Source: an uncultured Gemmatimonadota bacterium (GTDB taxonomy: Bacteria; Gemmatimonadota; Gemmatimonadetes; Palauibacterales; KS3-K002). Taken from it: a stretch of 64,000 bases of DNA. The position numbers and the translations under genes were made by a program. Positions 18,054 to 24,790 of the stretch are shown here, in pieces (the first letter of the stretch is position 1; each line of letters starts with the position of its first letter). The DNA lies in NCBI GenBank assembly GCA_964345885.1, contig CAYFSW010000124.1:4042-68041 (forward strand), given 5' to 3'. The notes beneath the pieces were generated by a model. It worked only from the letters and a program-made list of their open reading frames with translations, did not search any database and had not been told where the DNA came from.

Positions 18054-19784
18054 CTACCCACCACGCCCTGGGAGCCTACGGGCCAGCGCCCGACCTACGA
18101 AGCGGAGCCTATCGGGCCAGGGCAGCCGGCCCAGGCTGGTGCGGACGACGCCGCGGGTGAAGAAGGTCGCCTGCGAGTAGTCGATCTCGACTTCGACCAC
18201 AACGGGCCGGCCGTCGGCGTGGAGCGACCGGGCCCGCCCCAGTGTCTCGCTCACCTCGGAGTCGGCGGCGAGCGACAGATACTGGACGGCCAGGCCCCGG
18301 CAAAGGGCCTCGAGATCGAAGTCGGGTAACCGGCTCGCCGTCTTGCGGGCCAGCGCGGTCTGCTGGAATTGTGCGATCTGGGCCAGCTCGCGGTCGCGTA
18401 ACATCAGGATCGTCACGGGAAGCTGCAGGTGTGCTGCGGTGAGCAGCTCGAGGCCGGTCATCAGAAAGGCGCCATCGCCGGCCAGGGCCACGGCCGGGCG
18501 ATCCGGGCAGGCGAGCGCCGCGCCGAGTGCCGCAGGCACCGAGTATCCCATGCACGAGTAGTCGACCGGTGCCAGGAAACAGCCGGCCCGGTTGAGACGC
18601 AGGTGCTCCATGGCCAGGAAGGTGCCGTTGCCGCTGTCGGTAGCGAAGACGGCGTCCGGGCCATAACGCTCTTGCAGCGCTCTCAGCAGGTGATGCGGGC
18701 TCACACGCTCATCGCTTCCCTCCGCCCAGGCGGCGCCGACTTGGTCGTGGCCCTTGCGGATCGCACCGCGCAGGCCGGGATCGGGGCTCCGCGGCTCGAG
18801 CTCCGCCAGCAGTGCGGCGACAAAGCTCCGGGCGTCGGCGGCGAGCGACAGCTCCGCCGGGTAGTTCTTTCCCAGCACCGAGTCGTCGACGTCGACGTGG
18901 ATCAACGGGCCGGGCGGCTCGAAGCCGTAGCTCCCCGTTCCCACCTCGGAGAAGCGGCAGCCGATCGCCAGCATGAGGTCGCAGTCGCCCGCCAGCTTCC
19001 GAACGAAGGGCGGTGCCACGGCCCCGAGCCCGCACCAAAGCCACAGCGGGTGGCTCTCCGGGAAGACGCCCTTCCCCTGGATCGTCGTGGCCACGGGCGC
19101 CTCGAGCCGTTCCGCCAGGGCGACCAGATCGGCACCGGCCCCCACCGCCCCGAGTCCCAGGTAGAGCAAGGGGCGCCGGCTGGCCGCCAGAAGATCCACC
19201 GCGCGTCGCAGGGCCTGGGGGTCCGGGCCGCTGGGCCCCGGCTCTTCATCGACCCACGAGTCGAGCCCGGGCTCGTGCTTGAACAGGTAGTGGTTAACCG
19301 GGATCTCCACGAAGACGGGACCCGCCGGTGCGGCGCGCGCGGTCCGGCAGGCACCGCGGACCACTGCGTAAAGATCGGAGCCGCGCTCAGGCCGTAGCTG
19401 TGCCTTGGTCACCGGGCGGACCATCGCCAGCTGATCGATGTCGTGTAGCTGGAAGGCCTTCCCGCTGTCGGTGCGGACGCCGCAGCCGAGAACCAGCATG
19501 GGGATCCCGTCCAGGTAGGCCTCGGCGATCCCGGAGAGGGCGTGGGTCAAACCGGCCCCGGGCACCACGTTCACACAGCCGAGCAGGCCGGACGCTCGGG
19601 AGACGCCGTCGGCCATGAACGACGCGCTCTGCTCGTCGGTCACCAGGATCGGGCGCACCGCGGCCGAGCGGCTCAGCGAATCGTAGAGCTCGATGTTGTG
19701 GGTGCCGGGGATGCCGAAGGTGAAGGGAACACCCTCGTCCTCGAGGGCCCGCACGACGATGTCGCCACCGGTCATCTTGCTCAT
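18054..19784 (-). CDS. Thiamine pyrophosphate-dependent enzyme (acetolactate synthase/benzoylformate decarboxylase-like)
   Basis: N-terminal TPP-pyrimidine domain (GIPGTHNIELYD), a central domain, and the C-terminal TPP motif GDGAFLMTGLEL. Confidence 0.85.
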   Translation of the reverse strand: MSKMTGGDIVVRALEDEGVPFTFGIPGTHNIELYDSLSRSAAVRPILVTDEQSASFMADGVSRASGLLGCVNVVPGAGLTHALSGIAEAYLDGIPMLVLGCGVRTDSGKAFQLHDIDQLAMVRPVTKAQLRPERGSDLYAVVRGACRTARAAPAGPVFVEIPVNHYLFKHEPGLDSWVDEEPGPSGPDPQALRRAVDLLAASRRPLLYLGLGAVGAGADLVALAERLEAPVATTIQGKGVFPESHPLWLWCGLGAVAPPFVRKLAGDCDLMLAIGCRFSEVGTGSYGFEPPGPLIHVDVDDSVLGKNYPAELSLAADARSFVAALLAELEPRSPDPGLRGAIRKGHDQVGAAWAEGSDERVSPHHLLRALQERYGPDAVFATDSGNGTFLAMEHLRLNRAGCFLAPVDYSCMGYSVPAALGAALACPDRPAVALAGDGAFLMTGLELLTAAHLQLPVTILMLRDRELAQIAQFQQTALARKTASRLPDFDLEALCRGLAVQYLSLAADSEVSETLGRARSLHADGRPVVVEVEIDYSQATFFTRGVVRTSLGRLPWPDRLRFVGRALARRLPGRGG

Positions 19785-19788
19785 CGGG

Positions 19789-21297
19789 TCAGCCCAGTAG
19801 GGTCCCGGCGTCCTGACGGATGCGCTGTGCGACCCGGTCAGCTAGCGCCATGATCGTCAGGTACGGGTTGATCTCGATCGCGTCGGGGAACAGGCTGGCG
19901 TCGGCCACGAATAGCCACGGCACGCCGTGCACGCGGCCGTAGGAGTCGGTGACCGAGTCGTCCGCGGTGAGCCCCATGCCGCAGCCGCCCTGTAGGTGGG
20001 CGGCGGAGACACTGACGCCGCCGGGCCGGAAATGGCGCTCGTCGATGATCTCCTCCAGCCGCTCGGCGTCTTCTTGCCCCGCCGTCGTGTGCGTCGCCGC
20101 CGGGACATGGACCCGGCGCGCGCCTGCAGCGAAGAAGATGCGGGCGGAGGTCAGCGTCCCTCGCGCCAGGGCCTTCCTCACCTCGGGCGTGAACTGATAG
20201 TGGACCACGGGCCGGCCGGCGCTATCGATAGTCACCCGGTTGCCCGGGTCGACGTGGTCGCAGGCGAGGACGAGAATCATCTGCAAGCGCGGGAAGGCGC
20301 GCATGAACTCGCTGTGCGGCGCGCCGAACCCGCGCAGGCTCTTCGCCGTCGTGAACGGGAAGTACATGCACGTTTCGAGGATGAATCCCTCCGATTCAAC
20401 GAACTCGTCCAGATAGTAGCTCTTCGGGTGGCCGACGAAATTGCTGATCGTGTGCTCGTGCTCGGCCACCAGGATTAGGGCTGGGTGACACGTAAAGCCA
20501 TGACCGAGACGCGGGAGTCTGGTGGGCAGGCGCGAGCGCATTAGCAGCGCTGGCGTGTTCACGGCACCCGCACACGCTACCACCACCTTCGCCCGGATTC
20601 GGTACGCGCCGGGCTCCCAGGTCGACGGCTCGCCTTTAGCGCCGTCCGGCTTCGGCGTCACATGCGCGATCAGCGTCCGGCCCGCCAGCCGGGTCACCTC
20701 GCAGCGCGTTACCACTTCGACGCCATCCCGCTCCGCCTGCGGCAACTGGACCCGGTTAGTGCCCTGCTTGGCCTGGTTTGGGCAACCCAGGTTGCAGAGG
20801 CTCGAGCCGCGGCACCCGCGCACGTTGATCGGGAACTGCTCCACGTCATAGCCCAGGCGACGGCACCCCTCGACGAAGAGCTGATTGTTCTCGTTGATTC
20901 GCTCTTCCTCGAGATAGTGGACGTTGTTCTGCTCGATGAACTTGCGCGTGCGGCGCATGACCTCCTCGTAACCGAGGCCGGGAACGTTCCAGGCCTCGAT
21001 CACACGCTCGGGCGCGGCGATCGAGGTGCCGGTGTACACGGTCGTCGAGCCACCGTAGCCGCAGCCCATCGCGAGGGTCATCGAGCCGTCCGCAGTGAGC
21101 AGGCCGCCGCCGTCCTCGTACAGCGCCTGCGCCATCTCCACCTCGCGGCCGCTGAACTCGTCGTCACGAAGGCGTGGCCCCTTCTCGAGCACTACGATCC
21201 GCGCTCCATCCCGGCAAAGCGGCGCCAGCTCCTGGGCCACGGTGCCGCCGCCGGCACCCGACCCGATGATGACGATATCGTACTCCCGCTCGTTCAT
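19789..21297 (-). CDS. GMC family FAD-dependent oxidoreductase
   Basis: MNEREYDIVIIGSGAGGG is an FAD-binding Rossmann motif. ATG verified at 21295-21297 and it overlaps the upstream stop (ATGA). The 178-aa N-terminal extension in the ORF track was rejected. Confidence 0.85.
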   Translation of the reverse strand: MNEREYDIVIIGSGAGGGTVAQELAPLCRDGARIVVLEKGPRLRDDEFSGREVEMAQALYEDGGGLLTADGSMTLAMGCGYGGSTTVYTGTSIAAPERVIEAWNVPGLGYEEVMRRTRKFIEQNNVHYLEEERINENNQLFVEGCRRLGYDVEQFPINVRGCRGSSLCNLGCPNQAKQGTNRVQLPQAERDGVEVVTRCEVTRLAGRTLIAHVTPKPDGAKGEPSTWEPGAYRIRAKVVVACAGAVNTPALLMRSRLPTRLPRLGHGFTCHPALILVAEHEHTISNFVGHPKSYYLDEFVESEGFILETCMYFPFTTAKSLRGFGAPHSEFMRAFPRLQMILVLACDHVDPGNRVTIDSAGRPVVHYQFTPEVRKALARGTLTSARIFFAAGARRVHVPAATHTTAGQEDAERLEEIIDERHFRPGGVSVSAAHLQGGCGMGLTADDSVTDSYGRVHGVPWLFVADASLFPDAIEINPYLTIMALADRVAQRIRQDAGTLLG

Positions 21298-21764
21298 CGT
21301 CCCGCCGCCTCCCAGCCGGCCGGGTCGGGATGGTAGCCGATGGCCGCCGCGGCAGCGCCACGGCCGTAATAGCCCAGCAGCGCCAGGGTCCTGAGACCCC
21401 AGAAGCCGACGCGTATCCGGTCGAGGCGGTGATTCTGAAGGCCGGCCAGGAAACGGGCCCGGCGGCCCGACTCCAGAGAGCTGAACCGGCGGCCGTAGCG
21501 GAACAGCGGCAGCCACTCGACCAGCCGCAGGAAGAGTCGTAGCTGTCGCCGCAGCTCGCTGGGTCGGCCGCGAAGCGATTCGTCGACCAACGCCATCAGC
21601 TCGCCCCATTCTGTGGCGTTCAGTTCGTCCGCTTCGGGCACCACGGTGCAAACTACCGCCCTGAACACCGGCAGCAGCCCGGTGAGGGTGGAGGATGTGT
21701 CCGTGGTGGGCCTCCTTTCGTGCGGGTGCGGGTTGGATGGTTCCGGGAATTTGGGCCGGAGCAT
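21294..21764 (-). CDS. Gluconate 2-dehydrogenase subunit 3 family protein (small partner subunit of the GMC oxidoreductase)
   Basis: A 156 aa protein immediately upstream of the GMC oxidoreductase and translationally coupled to it. LRLFLRLVEWLPLFRYGRRFSSLE resembles that family. Confidence 0.6.
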   Translation of the reverse strand: MLRPKFPEPSNPHPHERRPTTDTSSTLTGLLPVFRAVVCTVVPEADELNATEWGELMALVDESLRGRPSELRRQLRLFLRLVEWLPLFRYGRRFSSLESGRRARFLAGLQNHRLDRIRVGFWGLRTLALLGYYGRGAAAAAIGYHPDPAGWEAAGR

Positions 21765-21805
21765 GGGGTAGCCGCCAGACGATGAGGATCCGTTGAAATG
21801 TTGTC

Positions 21806-22370
21806 TTCAATATCCAGTATCCGACAGCCAATGATCAGGCTATCAAGTGGCTTTCAAGGATCAGGTGCCAAGGCTCAATGTCAAATGAACAAGGAGATAA
21901 GGGCTTCAGGTTTGACCTGCAGGATCGCCTTATCGAATACGCTGTGCTGATCACCCGAGTCGCCGACGGACTGCCGTCGACCCGGGCAGGGAAACACACC
22001 GCGGGTCAATTAGTACGCTGCGGTACCTCTCCGGCGCCGAACTACGGCGAGGCACAGGCCGCCGAGTCACGAAAAGACTTCATTCACAAACTGAAAGTCT
22101 GCCTTAAGGAACTCAGAGAGTCGATGGTGTGGCTGGAGTATGTGCAGCGCCTAGAGTTGGGCGACCGGATGCTTGTGGCCAGAGGGATCAGGGAGACCGA
22201 CGAGCTTACTGCTATTGTATTCAGCAGCATCCAAACCGCAGAGCGAAACGATCGGACCCACTCCTGAGCCTCTGATACAATGAAGGGTTAGGAGTTGGAC
22301 CTTGGGCCTTGTTCGCTGAGTAGACCTTGAGCACATGGTCACTGGATGTCGGATAATGGATATTCAGATC
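21806..22370. mobile_element. Full-length copy D of the TIR family: a 565 bp element carrying a four-helix-bundle protein gene
   Basis: Left TIR ttcaatatccagtatccgacagccaatgatcagg; right TIR cactggatgtcggataatggatattcagatc, which is the reverse complement of the left with about 25/30 identity. There are subterminal gaccttga / tcaagg boxes. A single ORF lies between the ends. Confidence 0.65.
21878..22267 (+). CDS. Four-helix-bundle protein (23S rRNA intervening-sequence protein / DGR Avd family, PF05635-like)
   Basis: LPSTRAGKHTAGQLVRCGTSPAPNYGEAQAAESRKDFIHKLKVCLKELRESMVWL matches the QxxRxxxSIxxNIAEG...FxxFLxIAxGSxxE pattern of that family. Length 129 aa. Confidence 0.75.
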   Translation: MSNEQGDKGFRFDLQDRLIEYAVLITRVADGLPSTRAGKHTAGQLVRCGTSPAPNYGEAQAAESRKDFIHKLKVCLKELRESMVWLEYVQRLELGDRMLVARGIRETDELTAIVFSSIQTAERNDRTHS

Positions 22371-23262
22371 TCCACCACCGCATCAGCACCGGCACCACCA
22401 GCACGTTGATCCAAAGGGCGAACAGTATCCCCGCCACCGAATCGATGGCGAAGTGATTCTGCGTATAAACGGTCGATACGGCTACGCCCGCGGCGGCTAC
22501 CACCAACAGGACCGCCACCGGCCTCGAGAACCAGCGCACCCCCAGGTACGCCATGGTCGTCGACGCGGCCACATGCGAGCTGGGGAACGCGCAGCCCAAA
22601 GAGTCGCCCTGGCCCTGCAGCACCCGCTCCAGTCGATAGAACAGCCCCTGCTGGTGTGGTCCCTGGTAGTGCTCGCTCAAGAAGTGGGGGCCATCCACCG
22701 GGAACGCGATGTACACGACGTAGCAGGCGAAGTAGACCAGCACGACTCGCAGCGTCATGTCGTGCCTCATCTCCCGGCTGCCCTTGAACAGCATATAGAG
22801 AAGCGGCAGGATCACCGTCAGGTAGTAGCCGAAGTACGCCAGGTGCATGATCTCGCTGAACCATACCCAGGGCATCGCCGGCATCCAGACCTCATCCAGG
22901 TGGACCCCGAACAGCGCAGCGTCGAGGCCCCCGATCACTCTGTCGTAAGCCGCGTCGTGCAGGAGGCGGCGGATGAAGTCCAGTTCCGTCCAGAACGCCA
23001 GGATCCAAAGTAGCGGGTAGATGTCCCGCAGCAGGCGGCCGACCGGAGTAAGCCCGTCGCCGGCACGCTCGATGAGCCTCGGCAGGAGGGCGGCGGCGCC
23101 GTGCGTCAGAAACAGGGCCCAGGCGTATGGCCATTGGGGGATGAGGGTGGCCCACACGACGGCCAACAGGACGTTGTAGGCTGCCGAGATCTGGTCGACC
23201 AGCTTCAGGTGCTCCGGCTTGCTGGGGCCCGGCTTGATCGCGTCGCTATCGCCCATGCCCAT
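22339..23262 (-). CDS. PAP2 superfamily phosphatase/phosphotransferase (membrane protein)
   Basis: PAP2 motifs: AFPSSHVA (PSGH-like) and YTQNHFAIDSVAG (SRxxxxxHxxxD-like), with several TM helices. The last 10 codons (RSEYPLSDIQ-stop) are encoded by the right TIR of element D. ATG overlaps the stop of the upstream radical SAM gene (TGATG). Confidence 0.8.
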   Translation of the reverse strand: MGMGDSDAIKPGPSKPEHLKLVDQISAAYNVLLAVVWATLIPQWPYAWALFLTHGAAALLPRLIERAGDGLTPVGRLLRDIYPLLWILAFWTELDFIRRLLHDAAYDRVIGGLDAALFGVHLDEVWMPAMPWVWFSEIMHLAYFGYYLTVILPLLYMLFKGSREMRHDMTLRVVLVYFACYVVYIAFPVDGPHFLSEHYQGPHQQGLFYRLERVLQGQGDSLGCAFPSSHVAASTTMAYLGVRWFSRPVAVLLVVAAAGVAVSTVYTQNHFAIDSVAGILFALWINVLVVPVLMRWWRSEYPLSDIQ

Positions 23263-24479
23263 CAGTGGCCCTCAGGGGTAGCCTTGGGAACCGTCTGAAC
23301 GAAGCCTCCGAGATTCATCGGTTCCTCCAATCGGCACGACCATGCCAGGCGCCCGTTCCATACCGTCATGTCGGGACAGCCGTCGCACATGTTCTGGCGT
23401 CCATCGGGTAGCAGATCGATCGGCTGAATAATCATGACGGACTGGTAGTGCAGGCGGCGAAAGATGCGCAGAGGGTTGCGAAGATAGGCACGTGCCGCTC
23501 GGGCCATACCGCGGTCGAGCGGAGAAAGCGCCAGCAAGGCTCGGCCGCGGCGGTGTACCTTGGGACTGCTGTATGCCAGGTATCGCCCGTGCCGCAGGTG
23601 GTGACTGACCTGTGCCAGCTCGATGAACTTGGGACCGACGTATCCGTGGACCTTACCCCGCGTCCCTAGCCGGCCGGCGGCCAGCCACTTGAACGAGTCC
23701 GGCATCTCGGTGCCGTTGAGGTAGGCGCACGGTTGGAAATCGGGGAATCGCTTCCGGATCACCGCCAGGATATCCGTCGATTTTATGTCGGTCCGCGGCT
23801 GCTGGTCGGTGGCGTAGCGGATGTCGCTGAGGTCGATGATTCGACCGTTCACGTAGTAGTCGAAGCATCCGTCGATCAGTGCTGCACGGAAGGCGATGAA
23901 GACCAGCACGTGCACGATGTCGATGTGCTTCTCGCCCCAGTCCACGACCTCGGGCACCGACTCCAGCGTGTCCTCGTAGACCGTAGAATTGAAGGCGCAG
24001 GACAGGCCTCCCACTTCGGCGATCAGCTGCGCGAACTTGAGCCGTAGCTCGTTCAGCTCGACCTCGCTCTTGCCGCGCCAGCCTGGCCGCCTCTGCTTGC
24101 TGTCGATGTGCAGCGTCAGCCCCCAAAGCCCCGCCCGCTTCATCTCGATGAGCAACTCGCGGCTGAGGGTCAAGCCGTTCGTGTTCAGGATCGGCTTGAG
24201 TCCACGCCCGGCGATCATCGCAACGATGTCTGTGACCTCGGGGTGGCAGAGCGGGTCACCGCCCGCTACCGAAATCCCGTCCGAAGTACGTAGCTGCGTG
24301 AAAAGGTCGAGGTCGTCGGCGATCTCGTCCAGCGGCTTGTGGGATTTCGGATCGTTCGTCCGGTAGCAGCCCTCGCAGTAGAGGTTGCAGGCGGCGGTCG
24401 GCTCCAACCACGAGATCGCATTGTCTGGGAGGCTCCACGGGAGCCTGTAGAGCGATCTGTGGTCTAGCTGCTCGCTCAT
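23262..24479 (-). CDS. Radical SAM protein, HpnH-like (B12-independent) clade
   Basis: WLEPTAACNLYCEGCYRT is the CxxxCxxC motif; ISVAGGDPLCHPEV and LKPILNTNGLTL resemble adenosylhopane-synthase-like rSAMs. There is a C-terminal Cys cluster MCDGCPDMTVWNGRLAWSC. ATG verified at 24477-24479; the 55-codon upstream extension is uncertain. Confidence 0.7.
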   Translation of the reverse strand: MSEQLDHRSLYRLPWSLPDNAISWLEPTAACNLYCEGCYRTNDPKSHKPLDEIADDLDLFTQLRTSDGISVAGGDPLCHPEVTDIVAMIAGRGLKPILNTNGLTLSRELLIEMKRAGLWGLTLHIDSKQRRPGWRGKSEVELNELRLKFAQLIAEVGGLSCAFNSTVYEDTLESVPEVVDWGEKHIDIVHVLVFIAFRAALIDGCFDYYVNGRIIDLSDIRYATDQQPRTDIKSTDILAVIRKRFPDFQPCAYLNGTEMPDSFKWLAAGRLGTRGKVHGYVGPKFIELAQVSHHLRHGRYLAYSSPKVHRRGRALLALSPLDRGMARAARAYLRNPLRIFRRLHYQSVMIIQPIDLLPDGRQNMCDGCPDMTVWNGRLAWSCRLEEPMNLGGFVQTVPKATPEGH

Positions 24480-24790
24480 CAGTGCGTTCTCCTGCACCGG
24501 TGCCGGGTTGCGCGGCCGGGCATCGTCCTGGTTGGGGGTCTCGCGTCGAGCATTGGGGTTGAACGATCCTGCGAAGGTAGTGCAGCCTACCTGGGCGGGC
24601 AACAAGTGAGGGTCGCCGAGCGTCGCTCCTAGAAGTTGTCGCATCAGATTGACCTAGGCCCGCCATCTCCCTCCCGTGCCAACCTTTGGGTTGCTCGGGG
24701 CGTCTAAGGCTTGTGAGGGACAAGAGCGCTGAGCCCAGAGCGCCTGGCACAGAGACAGACGAAATCCGGGAGTAGCTAGGAATATGCACC

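Noticed and set aside
21298-21831. 178-codon N-terminal extension of the GMC oxidoreductase ORF (start at 21831)
   Set aside because: The extension is low-complexity, overlaps the small-subunit gene and runs into the TIR of element D. The FAD Rossmann motif follows directly after the ATG at 21297, which overlaps the upstream stop (ATGA).
21878-22267. Interpreting the four-helix-bundle gene as sitting inside a 23S rRNA intervening sequence
   Set aside because: No rRNA-like sequence flanks it in this window. It is bounded instead by inverted repeats shared with ORF-less copies.
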